This document shows positions 28,739 through 41,771 of a DNA stretch of 64,000 nt, piece by piece. Under the pieces are notes generated by a model. That model was not told the origin of the DNA and ran no database searches. It saw only the letters and a list, made by a program, of their open reading frames with translations. The first letter of the stretch is position 1. Each line of letters starts with the position of its first letter. This DNA comes from an uncultured Gammaproteobacteria bacterium (GTDB lineage: Bacteria; Pseudomonadota; Gammaproteobacteria; UBA6002): positions 93,568-157,567 of the forward strand of contig CAVPKM010000007.1 in assembly GCA_963705725.1 (NCBI GenBank). Reading direction: 5' to 3'. A program made the translations under genes and the position numbers.

Positions 28739-29497
28739 TTAGACCCAAATAGCTAATAGGCCCATTAATCCCATTCCAAGCAGTAAGGATGAAAAATCAT
28801 TAAGATTTTGCTTCAGACGATGAAATTTGAATTGTTGAATAAGTGCATCCAGTGCTCCAATATAGAGAAAAGTTCCTGCAGCCAAAGCATTTAAGCTAGA
28901 TTGCATTAAAATACCACCACGATTCGTCAGCAAACTAATTACTTCAGATGCAAGCGCAATGCCAAAGGGCGTCATGAAGGCATAGAGTAAGATAATAGAA
29001 GTGCTATGTTTTGGGAAAATTTGATATCTTTTTAATGTATTTGCTAATGCAAAACTGTCGCAACTTTTATGGGCTGCGATAGCAATGAAAATAACAAGTG
29101 CGCTGGCGATGGTAGTGTTGATTCCAAGGGTAATGCCTTCGATAACGGAGTGAATGCAAAGCACGATAAGAATGATGCCGCCATTTAATTTAGAATGATC
29201 AGAATTTTGTTTAAAATAGAGAGTGAAATATTTGACTAATTGCAGCAAGATAAAGCCTGCAAGGCAAAGTAAGATTGCATAAGGGTAGGGTTTAAGGCCA
29301 AGGCTTAAAAATCCTGCTTGCGCATCGGGTAGCATGTGAAAGATAGCTGCACCGAGGAAGATTCCGTTGGTAATTGAGTCTGTAATATGGTGCGATCCAT
29401 CATGATGATGTTGCATTTTCATGGGCAATAAGCCTGCCAAGGCTGCCACTGTTAAAATGATAACGCCAGCCAGTATCTTAAATGTTATTATCGACAT
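28739..29497 (-). CDS. ZIP family metal transporter
   Basis: GIFLGAAIFHMLPD, HSVIEG, AHKS, MTPFGI, AAGTFLYI. Confidence 0.9.
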   Translation of the reverse strand: MSIITFKILAGVIILTVAALAGLLPMKMQHHHDGSHHITDSITNGIFLGAAIFHMLPDAQAGFLSLGLKPYPYAILLCLAGFILLQLVKYFTLYFKQNSDHSKLNGGIILIVLCIHSVIEGITLGINTTIASALVIFIAIAAHKSCDSFALANTLKRYQIFPKHSTSIILLYAFMTPFGIALASEVISLLTNRGGILMQSSLNALAAGTFLYIGALDALIQQFKFHRLKQNLNDFSSLLLGMGLMGLLAIWV

Positions 29498-29621
29498 GCT
29501 TTCTACTTTAAGTCAGTATTGAATCGTTTTATTGCTCAAGGCTATAATAACCAAATCGACATAATCTTTCTAACAAATCCCGCACATAAGTAGAATCAAT
29601 CTTACGAATAAAGGATCCATA

Positions 29622-30569
29622 ATGAATTTTAACTTTCTGGAGTTCGAAAAACCCATCGTAGAGCTAGAAGCCAAAATTGAAGAACTAAGGAGAGTAGGAA
29701 CGGATACGGAGTTAAATATTATTGAAGAAATTACTCTTTTAGAACGTAAAAAAGAGGAATTACAACGAACCGTTTTTTCTCATCTTACCCCAGTTCAAAC
29801 CTTACAAGTTGCCCGGCATCCGTTACGCCCTTATACATTTGACTATATTTCTAGAATTTTTACTGATTTTACTGAGCTTCATGGTGATCGCCATTTCAAT
29901 GCTTCACCCACTATCGTCGGTGGGCTAGCGCGACTCGCAGGTCAGTCGGTTATGATTCTCGGTCATCAAAAGGGTCGTAATACAAAGGAAAAACTAGAAC
30001 GTAATTTTGGTATGCCAAAACCTGAGGATTACCGTAAAGCCTTGCGTTTGATGAAAATGGCGCAGTCTTTCAAATTACCTGTTATTACTTTTATTGATAC
30101 GCCTGGCGCATACCCAGGAATTGGTGCTGAAGAAAGAAACCAAAGCGAAGCGATTGCAAGGAATTTGTATGAAATGTCCTTACTCCAAACTCCAATTATC
30201 TGCATTGTCATTGGGGAAGGAGGTTCTGGAGGTGCTTTGGCAATTGGAGTAGGCGATCGCGTCTTAATGCTTCAGTACAGTGTGTACTCAGTGATTTCCC
30301 CCGAAGGCTGTGCTTCTATCTTATGGAAAAGTGCAGACAAGGCATCGCTTGCTGCAGAAGCGATGGGTGTGACTGCAGATCGCATTCTTAAGCTTGGATT
30401 AATTAATGGCATAATATCTGAACCACTAGGTGGTGCGCATCGAAACTACGATCAAATAGCCACTAGAATCAAAGAAACCTTACTGCTAAATCTTGAGGAG
30501 CTAAAAAGAAAATCGATGGATCAATTAATGCAAGAACGCTATCAAAGATTAATGTCATTTGGTTGTTGA
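29622..30569 (+). CDS. accA: Acetyl-CoA carboxylase carboxyltransferase alpha
   Basis: [32 protein letters not shown]. Confidence 0.98.
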   Translation: MNFNFLEFEKPIVELEAKIEELRRVGTDTELNIIEEITLLERKKEELQRTVFSHLTPVQTLQVARHPLRPYTFDYISRIFTDFTELHGDRHFNASPTIVGGLARLAGQSVMILGHQKGRNTKEKLERNFGMPKPEDYRKALRLMKMAQSFKLPVITFIDTPGAYPGIGAEERNQSEAIARNLYEMSLLQTPIICIVIGEGGSGGALAIGVGDRVLMLQYSVYSVISPEGCASILWKSADKASLAAEAMGVTADRILKLGLINGIISEPLGGAHRNYDQIATRIKETLLLNLEELKRKSMDQLMQERYQRLMSFGC

Positions 30570-30619
30570 TTGGTAACCATTCAGCTGCGACAACGCATAA
30601 AATCAATCACGAAGGGTAT

Positions 30620-31882
30620 ATGGTATTAACATTTATAAAACAATTACGTGCGGTGACATCTTTAAAAAACTTTTGTCTTGCTTTTAGTGGCGGTGTGGAT
30701 TCTACAGTGCTTGTGCATCTATTTAATAAATTTAAACAAATTGAACCGAACCTCTCGTTGCGCGCTATTCACGTGCATCATGGTTTGAATCAATTTGCTG
30801 ATGACTGGGTGATCAGTTGCCAAGATATATGTGATCGCTATCACATGCCATTGCTTATTACTTATTTGAATCTACCCAAAAAAACAAAATACAGCCTTGA
30901 AGAGCTAGCTCGCATTGAACGCTATCAAATTTTCAAAACAGAACTTCGTCAAAATGAAGTATTAGTAACTGCTCATCATCAAGAAGATCAAGCAGAAACA
31001 TTATTATTGCAATTATTTAGAGGAGCGGGGCCAAAAGGGTTGGCTTCCATGCCAATGCTGACAAATTTTGGACAGGGATTTTTGCTGCGGCCATTATTAA
31101 ATTTCGCAAAAAAAAAATTATTACAATTTGCTGAAAAAGAGAATCTAAACTGGATTGAAGATGAAAGTAATCGAGATTCAGCTTTTGATCGCAACTTTTT
31201 ACGCCAACAAATATTTCCTCTTCTTACACAAAGATGGCCATCTATTTCAAAAAATTTAGCAAGATCAGCCTGGCATTGTGCGCAAGCAGATCATTTCATC
31301 GAAGCGAAAATCAAGTTGTTTTTCGAAGAAATTTTTTCATCTGAATCAAAAACATTAGATATTTTTAAACTAATTCAACATGATTTTGTCACACAATCCT
31401 ACATAGTAAGATTTTGGCTAAAATTTTTGAAATTTCCTCTTCCAAATACTAAAAAAATTTTTATGTTACTTGAGCAAATGGTCAATGCGAAAATTGATTC
31501 CATGCCTTTACTTTGCTGGCAAGAGGTAGAGATACGTCGATTTAAGGGACAGCTTTATGCTATGCCCTCATTGCCGGCTCATGATGTGACCAAGATAATC
31601 CCCTGGGATCTCAAGGCCGATTTGGTTTTAGATCAAGATAAAATTATTACGCGCCATGAACTAACAGAATTAGGCTTACACTTAGCAGATCTTCAAAATG
31701 TGACAATTCGCTATCGTCGTGGAGGAGAAAACTGCCGATTACCTGGACGACACCACCACCATGCATTAAAAAAACTTTTGCAAGCGTGGCGTGTGCCTCC
31801 TTGGGAGAGAGATCGAATCCCTTTACTCTATACTAACGAAATGTTATGCGCGATTGTGGGTTATACGGCTTGTGGGACCTAA
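30620..31882 (+). CDS. tilS: tRNA(Ile)-lysidine synthetase
   Basis: AFSGGVDS, HVHHGL, TAHHQEDQAET, RPLL, WIEDESN. Alternative TTG start at 30563. Confidence 0.95.
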   Translation: MVLTFIKQLRAVTSLKNFCLAFSGGVDSTVLVHLFNKFKQIEPNLSLRAIHVHHGLNQFADDWVISCQDICDRYHMPLLITYLNLPKKTKYSLEELARIERYQIFKTELRQNEVLVTAHHQEDQAETLLLQLFRGAGPKGLASMPMLTNFGQGFLLRPLLNFAKKKLLQFAEKENLNWIEDESNRDSAFDRNFLRQQIFPLLTQRWPSISKNLARSAWHCAQADHFIEAKIKLFFEEIFSSESKTLDIFKLIQHDFVTQSYIVRFWLKFLKFPLPNTKKIFMLLEQMVNAKIDSMPLLCWQEVEIRRFKGQLYAMPSLPAHDVTKIIPWDLKADLVLDQDKIITRHELTELGLHLADLQNVTIRYRRGGENCRLPGRHHHHALKKLLQAWRVPPWERDRIPLLYTNEMLCAIVGYTACGT

Positions 31883-31930
31883 TTAGTGTTTTAGCAATTT
31901 TTTGTAACTATTCAACCCTGTGCTAAATAG

Positions 31931-33361
31931 TTACAATTTTTTCTTAAGAAGCTCATTAACCTGATTAGGATTAGCCTTTCCCTTTGTTTCTTTCATGATT
32001 TGGCCAACCAGAAAGCCAAATACTTTATCCTTGCCAGCGCGATATTGTGTTACTTGCTGTGGATTAGCAGAAAGCACATTATCAATTATTCTTTCAATTT
32101 CAGTGGTATCTGTGATTTGTATTAGACCTTTTTTTGCGATGATTTCATCAACATTCCCTTCCTTTTGCCACAGGCTTTCGAAAACTATTTTCGCTATTTT
32201 GCCTGAAATCGTATTATCAGTAATGCGGTTAAGCAGCGTTGAAAACTCTAGAGCGGAAATAGGGGAATCAGAAATCTCTAGGTTGGATTTGTTTAAAGCG
32301 GCGGATAGGTCTCCTATCATCCAATTTGCAACAAGCTTGGGAGAAGCCTGCGACTGAGTCAGGACTGTTTCGAAATATTCTGCCATTTCTTTGCTAGAAA
32401 TTAAAATATTGGCGTCATAAGTGGATAGACCATAGTCCCTTTCAAATCGATCACGTTTGGCAAGCGGAAGCTCAGGCAGGGTCTCTTTAATCTTAGCGAT
32501 ATAATCTTCATCGAGTATGACAGGCAATAAATCGGGATCAGGAAAATAGCGATAATCCATTGCCTCTTCCTTGCTACGCATTGAGCGGGTTTCATTTTTA
32601 TCTGCATCATATAACCGAGTTTCTTGGATCACCTTTTGACCAGATTCAATAAGATCAATTTGTCTCTCTACTTCATAGTTAATCGCACGTTCAATAAAAC
32701 GAAATGAGTTAATATTTTTAATCTCAGCTCGTGTTCCAAAGGTTGTTTGACCTTTTGGTCTGACAGAAACATTGGCATCACAACGGAATGAGCCTTCCTG
32801 CATATTTCCATCGCTAATGCCTAAATATCGCACAAGTGAGTGGAGCATTTTTAGATAGGCAATGGCTTCTTTAGCGCTGCGAAGTTCAGGTTCAGATACG
32901 ACTTCAATAAGTGGCGTGCCAGCGCGATTAAGATCAATTCCTGAACGATCTAGCATTTCCTCATGAATAGTCTTTCCCGCATCTTCTTCAAGATGTGCGC
33001 GTGTTATACCAATGCGTTTTTGCTCGCCATTTTCTAGTGTAATATCAAGATATCCTTGATAAACAATAGGGAGTTCATACTGGCTAATTTGGTAACCTTT
33101 GGGAAGATCAGGGTAGAAGTAGTTTTTACGAGCGAATACACTTTTTCTAGCAATTTGTGCATCAAGACTGAGCGCTAATTCGACCGCCATTCTAACAGCT
33201 TCTTCGTTTAGTACCGGTAAAACACCCGGAAAACCCAGATCAATTGCGCAAGCTTGCGTGTTAGGTTCACCGCCATATGCAGTTGATGCACCTGAAAATA
33301 ATTTTGATTTTGTAGCAAGCTGGACGTGAACTTCCAGCCCAATAACGGTTTCCCACTCCAT
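31931..33361 (-). CDS. gatB: Asp/Glu-tRNA amidotransferase subunit B
   Basis: [36 protein letters not shown]. Confidence 0.98.
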   Translation of the reverse strand: MEWETVIGLEVHVQLATKSKLFSGASTAYGGEPNTQACAIDLGFPGVLPVLNEEAVRMAVELALSLDAQIARKSVFARKNYFYPDLPKGYQISQYELPIVYQGYLDITLENGEQKRIGITRAHLEEDAGKTIHEEMLDRSGIDLNRAGTPLIEVVSEPELRSAKEAIAYLKMLHSLVRYLGISDGNMQEGSFRCDANVSVRPKGQTTFGTRAEIKNINSFRFIERAINYEVERQIDLIESGQKVIQETRLYDADKNETRSMRSKEEAMDYRYFPDPDLLPVILDEDYIAKIKETLPELPLAKRDRFERDYGLSTYDANILISSKEMAEYFETVLTQSQASPKLVANWMIGDLSAALNKSNLEISDSPISALEFSTLLNRITDNTISGKIAKIVFESLWQKEGNVDEIIAKKGLIQITDTTEIERIIDNVLSANPQQVTQYRAGKDKVFGFLVGQIMKETKGKANPNQVNELLKKKL

Positions 33362-33377
33362 TTAATACCTCTTAAGC

Positions 33378-34835
33378 TTATGCATATAATTCTGGCATTT
33401 GTTCATGCCACTTTGTGACTTGCTGATATTGATGAGCAATATTTAATAACTTATTTTCCGTAAAATAATTAGAAATTAGTTGAATGCCAACAGGCAAATT
33501 TTCAACAAAACCAATTGGCAAGGATATTCCCGGTAGCCCTGCAAGGTTAGCAGAGATAGTGTAGATATCAGATAAATACATACTGACTGGGTCACTAAAT
33601 TTTTCACCTAGTTTAAATGCTGGAGTTGGCGTAGTCGGGCCAAGTATCACATCTACTGTTTTAAATGCTTCAGAAAAATCTTCGCTAATTAAACGACGAA
33701 TTTTTTGGGCTTTTAAGTAGTAGGCATCATAATAACCAGCAGAAAGCACATAAGTTCCAACCATGATGCGACGTTTTACTTCTTCGCCAAAACCTTCACC
33801 ACGAGATCGTTTATAAAAATCTTCTAGATCTTTTGTTTGTTTAGCATGATAACCAAAACGCACTCCATCATAGCGAGCAAGATTAGACGAACACTCAGCT
33901 GGTGCGACAACATAATAGGCAGGAACAGATAGCTGTTGATTAGGCAAGCTTATTTCTGTGATGATGGCACCTAGTTTTTGGTACTCTTTTATAGATTCTT
34001 CGATAAGTTTAGCGATATCACTATTCAAGCCGGGACCAAAGTATTCTTTAGGCAGTCCTATTCTAAGCCCGTGAAGCGAATCATTGAGCGATGCAATAAA
34101 GTTGGGCTTGGGTTGGTTGGCGCAAGTTGAATCTTTTTCATCATGTCCTGCCATTACATTTAATAATAAAGCCACATCTTCAGCAGTTAAGGCCATTGGG
34201 CCACCTTGATCTAAACTCGATGCAAAGGCAATCATGCCATAGCGTGAGACCCTTCCATAAGTGGGTTTTAGGCCAGTAATCCCGCAGAATGCTGCGGGTT
34301 GACGAATGGAACCACCCGTATCTGTGCCGGTGGCTGCTGGTGTTAAGCGAGCTGCCACTGCAGCAGCAGATCCCCCGGAAGAACCTCCTGGCACTCGTTC
34401 TAAATCCCAGGGATTTCGTACTAATCCATAATAACTGGTTTCATTAGATGAACCCATTGCAAATTCATCCATATTTGTTTTGCCAAGTAATACTGTACCC
34501 GCGTCATATAAGCGTTTTACTATTGTTGCATCATAGGGTGAAATAAAGTTGTCTAACATTTTGGAGCCGCAAGAGGTTTTAATGCCTTTAGTGCAAAAAA
34601 TATCTTTATGTGCAAAAGGGACACCCAATAACGGTGAAGGAATATTTCCTTTAGCGCGCATGGCATCGGCTTCTTTGGCTTGTTGTAAGGCCATATCCTT
34701 TGTAACAGTAATAAAACTATTTAGCTTAGAATCATAATGATGAATGCGATCAAGATAATACTGAGTGAGTTCCACACTGGAATATTGCTTAGCGGAAAGA
34801 TCTTTGCTGATTTCAACAATAGTTTTATTTTGCAT
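33378..34835 (-). CDS. gatA: Asp/Glu-tRNA amidotransferase subunit A
   Basis: [32 protein letters not shown]. Confidence 0.98.
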   Translation of the reverse strand: MQNKTIVEISKDLSAKQYSSVELTQYYLDRIHHYDSKLNSFITVTKDMALQQAKEADAMRAKGNIPSPLLGVPFAHKDIFCTKGIKTSCGSKMLDNFISPYDATIVKRLYDAGTVLLGKTNMDEFAMGSSNETSYYGLVRNPWDLERVPGGSSGGSAAAVAARLTPAATGTDTGGSIRQPAAFCGITGLKPTYGRVSRYGMIAFASSLDQGGPMALTAEDVALLLNVMAGHDEKDSTCANQPKPNFIASLNDSLHGLRIGLPKEYFGPGLNSDIAKLIEESIKEYQKLGAIITEISLPNQQLSVPAYYVVAPAECSSNLARYDGVRFGYHAKQTKDLEDFYKRSRGEGFGEEVKRRIMVGTYVLSAGYYDAYYLKAQKIRRLISEDFSEAFKTVDVILGPTTPTPAFKLGEKFSDPVSMYLSDIYTISANLAGLPGISLPIGFVENLPVGIQLISNYFTENKLLNIAHQYQQVTKWHEQMPELYA

Positions 34836-34851
34836 GGTTGATTCTCTTTTT

Positions 34852-35160
34852 TTACTCTTTGATTATGTCATAGGCTTTAGGGACAATATACAAACCAGAT
34901 TTAATTGTTCCTGGCTCAGCAGAATCTTGTAATATCTTACGCTCATTTCCTTCAGTTACACAGTCCTTACGCATGGGTTGTGTCGTGGTGAGTGGATGCG
35001 CCATAGGTGGAATATTTTGAGTTTGCACAGCATTCATCTGTTCGACTAAGTCTAAAATATTAGAAAGATTTTTGACATGCGTCATAATTTCCTCTTCAGA
35101 AATAGCAAGTCGCGCTAGATGAGCAACTCTTTCAATAGTTTCTTTTGTCAATGTAGACAC
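34852..35160 (-). CDS. gatC: Asp/Glu-tRNA amidotransferase subunit C
   Basis: VAHLARL...PMAHP...VPK; first gene of gatCAB; GTG start. Confidence 0.93.
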   Translation of the reverse strand: MSTLTKETIERVAHLARLAISEEEIMTHVKNLSNILDLVEQMNAVQTQNIPPMAHPLTTTQPMRKDCVTEGNERKILQDSAEPGTIKSGLYIVPKAYDIIKE

Positions 35161-35229
35161 TTAGACCTCTCTTTATCTATAATCTCGACGGTTATAAAAA
35201 ATTCAGTTAAAGTTAACGGCAACCTGTAA

Positions 35230-36300
<1,071 letters not shown>

Positions 36301-36309
36301 GAGAAAAAC

Positions 36310-37227
36310 ATTAAAGAATTATTTCGACGCAGTCCTTTTTTAGGGATACGCCTAATTCTATTGATTGTTGCATCTTGCGTACTAATGATGATGGATCATC
36401 AATTTGCGTATTTTGAACGCCTGCGGTCGTTGTTATCTGTGATTGTAGCGCCAATGCAATATTCAGTTGATCGGCCGGTCGAATTTGTACGTTGGATTGA
36501 TACGAGCTTTACGACTCAACAAAATTTGCTAATCGAAAATGCACAATTACGTGCACGTCAATTGCTACTTTATGCTAAATTACAAAAAGTACTGGCATTA
36601 GAACGCGAAAACGAGCAACTACGAGCTTTACTTCAGTCTGCATCAAATATTCATGAAAAAGTCACTGTAGCACAACTACTTGCTGTTGATCTCGCTCCCT
36701 ACACGCAACAAATTCTCATTGATAAAGGAAGGCGAGAAGGGCTTTATATTGGACAACCGGTACTTGATGCTTATGGTGTCATGGGACAGGTCATTGCTAT
36801 CTCACCGCTAAGTAGTCGAATATTACTCATTACCGATCCACGCAGTGGAGTGCCAGTACAAAACAATCGTAATGGAAATCGAGCGATTGCGGCAGGTATG
36901 GGTTTTGAAGGAACATTAAATTTGATCAATGTGCCAATTACAGCAGATTTTAAAAAAGGTGATGTTTTGGTGACGTCAGGCTTAGGTGGTCATTACCCTC
37001 CCGGGTATCCCGTAGGAGTTGTAAATTATGTTAATTTTTCACGAGGTAGATTTGCAACCGTGACACTGCTTCCTGCGGCTCATGTTAACCAAAGTAGACA
37101 AGTTCTACTCGTTTGGCCGAAAAAAAATGTTTTAATACCGCTGCTTCCAACGATAAATCATGTTAAACAATCTTTAATTTCTAATAATGCAAATTCCTTG
37201 AAGCAAGAAAAAGATGATGATTTTTAG
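36310..37227 (+). CDS. mreC: Rod shape-determining protein MreC (probable ATT start)
   Basis: LERENEQLRALL, IDKG, VTSGLGG.YP.GYPVG; AGGAG followed by in-frame ATT at 36310. Confidence 0.93.
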   Translation: MKELFRRSPFLGIRLILLIVASCVLMMMDHQFAYFERLRSLLSVIVAPMQYSVDRPVEFVRWIDTSFTTQQNLLIENAQLRARQLLLYAKLQKVLALERENEQLRALLQSASNIHEKVTVAQLLAVDLAPYTQQILIDKGRREGLYIGQPVLDAYGVMGQVIAISPLSSRILLITDPRSGVPVQNNRNGNRAIAAGMGFEGTLNLINVPITADFKKGDVLVTSGLGGHYPPGYPVGVVNYVNFSRGRFATVTLLPAAHVNQSRQVLLVWPKKNVLIPLLPTINHVKQSLISNNANSLKQEKDDDF

Positions 37228-37275
37228 GGGAGCTGTGACGCCTAATCAATTAATTAATTAAATGGATGTGGAGTA

Positions 37276-37764
37276 ATGCGACCGAGTGTAACAAAGCGAG
37301 TTCTCGCTATAGGTTTTTCGCTTTGTATTGCGATGATATTAACAATTTTACCTCTACCAAACTGGGCTATTTGGCTTAGGCCACAATGGGTCATGCTGGT
37401 TATGATCTATTGGTGTTTGACGTTGCCTGATCGTATTAGTGTAGGCTTGGCTTGGGCGATGGGTTTGCTGCTTGATGTTCTACTGGGCACCTTACTGGGA
37501 CAGCATGCACTTGCATTAGCAGTTGTCGCTTACTTTATTGTTAAATTTCATCCGCGTATTCGTTTATATCCCATTTGGCAGAAAACGATTATTGTGTTCA
37601 TCCTGTCGTTGGTTTATCTATCTCTTATCTACTGGGTACAGGGGTTGATAGGAATCATACCTAATAACTGGGAACTCTGGTTACCTGCAATAACCAGTGC
37701 ATTGCTTTGGCCATTAGTTTTTATTATTTTAAGAGATTTTAGAAAAAAATATAATGTCATTTAA
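37276..37764 (+). CDS. mreD: Rod shape-determining protein MreD
   Basis: RPQW..LV.IYW.L..P, GLLLD.L.G..LGQHAL. Confidence 0.95.
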   Translation: MRPSVTKRVLAIGFSLCIAMILTILPLPNWAIWLRPQWVMLVMIYWCLTLPDRISVGLAWAMGLLLDVLLGTLLGQHALALAVVAYFIVKFHPRIRLYPIWQKTIIVFILSLVYLSLIYWVQGLIGIIPNNWELWLPAITSALLWPLVFIILRDFRKKYNVI

Positions 37765-37784
37765 CCTACCCGAGAACGAGACAG

Positions 37785-39234
37785 ATGACAAAGAATTTTA
37801 ATATTGCCATACAATCATTGCTTGAACCTGCTTGTCTGACAGAAAATGATTTATCAAAAATTTTTTTCTAAACTGATGAGTCGCTCAATTGATTTCAGCG
37901 ATATGTATTTTCAATTATCGCAACAGGAATCCTGGTTATTGGAAGATGGGATTATAAAAGAAGGAAGCTTCAACATTGATAAAGGTGTGGGAGTTCGTAC
38001 GATTTTTTCTGGTGATAAAACTGCCTTTGCCTATGCTGACGAAATCAGTTTTAAAGCATTGCAAGAGGCAGCGAACGTTGCAAGTAATATTGCTAGAACA
38101 GGTAACAATGGGCAAGCTAAAGCTTGGCATCGCACTAAGGGAAGGGGACTTTATACACAGACCAGTCCGCTCGGCCTTTGGACTGAGGAAGAGAAGATTG
38201 ATCTCCTTAGACGAGTCGATGCACAAGCAAGAAAAATTGATTCCAGGGTCAAGCAGGTTGTAGTGAGTTTAACTGGCTTGCATGATGTGATTTTAATTGC
38301 CGATAGTGATGGCAATTTATCTGCAGATTTAAGACCACTGGTTAGATTTAATGTAAGTGTGATTGTAGAGGAAGGTAATAAACGTGAACAAGGTTTTGCA
38401 GGAGGGGGTGGCAGATATGGTTACGAGTGTTTTTTTAAAGATAACGCTGCTTTAAATTTTGCTCATGAAGCTGTTCGTCAAGCGCTTATTAACCTAAATG
38501 CATTACCTGCACCTGCAGGAACCATGCCAGTTGTTCTTGGACCTGGTTGGCCAGGTGTTTTGTTGCATGAAGCAGTGGGTCATGGTTTAGAAGGAGACTT
38601 TAATAGAAAAGGCAGTTCCATTTTTAGCAACAGAATTGGCCAAAGAGTTGCCTCAGAAGCCTGCACAGTGGTGGATGATGGCACGCTGCCAAATAGGCGA
38701 GGATCTCTAAACATTGACGATGAAGGCGTGCCAAGTTCATGTACGGTATTAATTGAAAATGGTATTTTAAAAGGATATATGCAAGATAAACTCAATGCAA
38801 AATTAATGGGGACCAGTTCTACTGGCAATGGTCGACGGGAATCCTATTCATGTCTTCCATTACCCAGAATGACTAACACCTATATGTTAGCAGGTGAGCA
38901 TATGCCAGATGACATTATTGCTTCAGTTGAAGAAGGTCTTTATGCGGTTAATTTTGGAGGAGGGCAGGTTGATATCACCTCGGGCAAATTTGTTTTCTCT
39001 ACAAGTGAAGCATATTTAATTAAAAAAGGTAAAATTACCCATCCGGTAAAAGGTGCAACTTTAATTGGAAATGGCCCGGAAATTTTAACTCGAGTAACCA
39101 TGGTAGGCAATGATTTAGAACTGGATCATGGGGTTGGAACCTGTGGCAAAGATGGACAAAATGTTCCAGTTGGCGTTGGCCAACCTACATTAAAAATATC
39201 GGCATTAACGGTAGGCGGCACCCAAAGTGAGTAG
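37785..39234 (+). CDS. tldD: Metalloprotease TldD (apparent +1 frameshift in T7 run at 37861-37867)
   Basis: [34 protein letters not shown]. The N-terminal 27 codons from ATG 37785 are in another frame. Confidence 0.93.
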
Positions 39235-39380
39235 AGAAAATATTTCATTCTGCAAGAAAATCGTCAATGTAATTAAAAGTGCTTGACACATGATTCCTGT
39301 AGTTGGTATAAAGCCTGCTCTTTATTTAAACTGTCTGGATGCCTGAATGGCTCGTTTCAATGGATAGATTGAGGAACGAA

Positions 39381-39665
39381 ATGAATAAAACTGAACTAAT
39401 TGAAAAAGTTTCATCGGTTGCGGAAGTTTCTAAAATTGAAGCAACGCGAGTGTTTAATGCAGTAGTTGATACAATTACTGAATCCTTAAGTAAGGGAGAA
39501 GCAGTAACCATCGTGGGTTTTGGCACATTTAAGGTTGCTGATCGAGCAGAACGATCTGGTCGGAATCCCCAAACTGGCCAAGTTATTAAAATTGCTGCTC
39601 AAAAAACACCCCGATTTACAGCAGGAAAACAACTGAAAGATGCTTGTAATAGCGGGAAGAAATAA
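39381..39665 (+). CDS. hupB: DNA-binding protein HU
   Basis: MNKTELI, GFGTF, R.GRNPQTG, PRFTAGK.LK; GAGG RBS. Confidence 0.93.
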   Translation: MNKTELIEKVSSVAEVSKIEATRVFNAVVDTITESLSKGEAVTIVGFGTFKVADRAERSGRNPQTGQVIKIAAQKTPRFTAGKQLKDACNSGKK

Positions 39666-39696
39666 GTCATACTGAGAAATTAATACCAGACGAGAT

Positions 39697-39772
39697 GGGT
39701 GCTTAGCTCAGCTGGGAGAGCGTCGCCCTTACAAGGCGAATGTCGTAGGTTCGATCCCTACAGCACCCACCA
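39697..39772 (+). tRNA. tRNA-Val (TAC)
   Basis: GGGTGCTTAGCTCAGCTGG...TCGCC-CTTACAA-GGCGA...GGTTCGATCC...GCACCCACCA. Confidence 0.97.
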
Positions 39773-39776
39773 TTTT

Positions 39777-39853
39777 GGAGTGGTAGTTCAGTTGGTTAGA
39801 ATACCGGCCTGTCACGCCGGGGGTCGCGGGTTCGAGTCCCGTCCACTCCGCCA
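39777..39853 (+). tRNA. tRNA-Asp (GTC)
   Basis: GGAGTGGTAGTTCAGTTGGTTAGAATACCGGCCTGTCACGCCGG...GGTTCGAGTCCC..CCACTCCGCCA. Confidence 0.98.
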
Positions 39854-39928
39854 ATTAAGCGCATATGCCTGTTGATGCTTTCTATGTATCTAATTTCATT
39901 GCTTCAAAATCGTCGTTAAGGTTTATCT

Positions 39929-41506
39929 ATGTTGCAAAGTGTAAGGAAGTATACAGAAGGATGGATAGCCACAGTCGTAGGAATAATTTTAAGCCTGGCC
40001 TTTCTTTTTTGGGGCGTAGAAAATTATCTTTTGGGAAGTAACAACAAAAATATACTTGCTAAAGTTAATGGGCAGAAAATTAGTAACCGAGAAGTGCAAA
40101 GTGATTTTGAGCGCATGATTCTGCGTTTTAAAGAGCAGTTTGGTGCTAATATAAATTTGCCAACTGTTATGCAACAGCAACTAAAACAACAAGTTTTACG
40201 TAATCTCATTATGCAAAATGTGCTTGTTCAATCCGCACAAAAAGCAGGGCTTCATGTCACTAATCTTGAAACAGCCAAGATGATTAAACAAATGCCCATC
40301 TTTCAAAGCTCAGGTTACTTTTCAAAAGAAAGCTTTAATTTGGTTATGAATAAGATGGGGTACACACAGCAGCAATTTTTTAATGATGTTTCAAAAACTT
40401 TGATGCTGAATCAAGTAGCATCAGGAATTATTGGCAGTGCTTTTTTATTACCCAATGAGTTAAACCAAGCTATTGCGTTAAGTGAGCAAAAACGAGATAT
40501 CGAATATGTGGTTTTAACAAAAGCAAAATTTATGGCTAAAAAGCCGATTGCAAGTGGTTTAGCACAGCACTATTACCAGCAGCATAAAAGTAATTTTACC
40601 CTCCCGGCGAAAATTCAATTAGAGTATCTTGAACTGTCATTGCAAGATTTAAAAAAAGACATAACGGTGACACCTTCCGATTTAGCTAGCTATTTTGATT
40701 TAAATTCGGCCCAAGATCGAAATAATAAACTAGCCATTGAAAATGCTAAAACTGTTATTGCTAGGCAAAAAGCAGAGCAAGCTTTTTTAGCTGCAAACGA
40801 TCAATTAACTGATTTAACTTATACCAATCCAAACTCCCTAAGAAAAGCCGCTGAAGTGCTGGGTTTAACAGTGAAAACTACAGACTTTTTTTCTTCAGCA
40901 GGCGGGAATACTCTATTCACAAAAAATCCCAAAATAATTGCTGCTGCTTTTAATCCTAACAGCCTTAACAATCATACAAACAGCCCTTTAATCGAACTCG
41001 CATCTGGAAGAGTGGTAGTGATAAGAATAAAGTCTTCTCGACCCGAAACCTTTGCGCCTTATCGTGATGTACAAGCGAAAATTAATGTTATCCTTCAAGA
41101 TAAACAGGCCACGCTAAATCTTGAAGAAAAAGTGGCATCCTTTTCTTCGCGAATAAAGAATAATGAGAAAATTGCAAATATTGCTTCTAAAGCGCACCTA
41201 GCCTTAGTAACTAAATCGAAAGTGACTCGCCATGAAAAAGCGATTAATTCAGAGATATTAAAACTTGCGTTCGCTGCCCCCTTCTCTGACAAGCAACCTA
41301 TTGTCAATGCTAAACTTGCAAATGGTGATTATGTATTCTTAGTTGTCAAAAATAGTGTAAATTTTTCTATTGATCAGGCAACGGCTAAAATGCTTGAAAC
41401 TACTGAAAAACATTATTCTGATACTTATGGAAAAGTAGAGTATAACCTGTATGGTGAAAATCAGCTTGCTCATGCTAAAATTAAGCTATTTAAGACACCC
41501 AATTAA
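39929..41506 (+). CDS. ppiD: PpiD-like periplasmic chaperone (SurA N-domain; parvulin domain apparently absent)
   Basis: N-terminal TM, FWGV, AKVNGQKIS; conserved hupB-tRNA-ppiD order. Confidence 0.8.
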   Translation: MLQSVRKYTEGWIATVVGIILSLAFLFWGVENYLLGSNNKNILAKVNGQKISNREVQSDFERMILRFKEQFGANINLPTVMQQQLKQQVLRNLIMQNVLVQSAQKAGLHVTNLETAKMIKQMPIFQSSGYFSKESFNLVMNKMGYTQQQFFNDVSKTLMLNQVASGIIGSAFLLPNELNQAIALSEQKRDIEYVVLTKAKFMAKKPIASGLAQHYYQQHKSNFTLPAKIQLEYLELSLQDLKKDITVTPSDLASYFDLNSAQDRNNKLAIENAKTVIARQKAEQAFLAANDQLTDLTYTNPNSLRKAAEVLGLTVKTTDFFSSAGGNTLFTKNPKIIAAAFNPNSLNNHTNSPLIELASGRVVVIRIKSSRPETFAPYRDVQAKINVILQDKQATLNLEEKVASFSSRIKNNEKIANIASKAHLALVTKSKVTRHEKAINSEILKLAFAAPFSDKQPIVNAKLANGDYVFLVVKNSVNFSIDQATAKMLETTEKHYSDTYGKVEYNLYGENQLAHAKIKLFKTPN

Positions 41507-41606
41507 TTCAATTTGAATAAAAAAAGCCCAATGCATTTGTTTATAGATAATTCTTGCCTGATAAAAATTCTCAATTCGCTAGAAGTTCCATTTTTAATTG
41601 GTATTG

Positions 41607-41624
41607 TGTAAGCTTTTTCTTAAT
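41607..41624 (+). promoter_or_regulatory. GacA/LetA-type upstream activating box
   Basis: TGTAAG-CTTTTT-CTTAAT versus consensus TGTAAG-N6-CTTACA (10/12), ~150 nt upstream of the GGA-rich RNA. Confidence 0.5.
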
Positions 41625-41736
41625 AAAATGTCAGCTCATAGTAGTTCTTTTTTCTGAAATTGAATCTAACTCATTGTATAAAAAAGAAAAAAATTATATT
41701 TAAAGTAATTTTCTGGAACTACTAATTTGGAGGTAG

Positions 41737-41764
41737 TTGAAGCTTAGCTCATATCTGCTATTCT
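41737..41764 (+). promoter_or_regulatory. Putative sigma70 promoter for sRNA
   Basis: TTGAAG-16 nt-TATTCT with extended TG. Confidence 0.4.
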
Positions 41765-41771
41765 GATCAAT

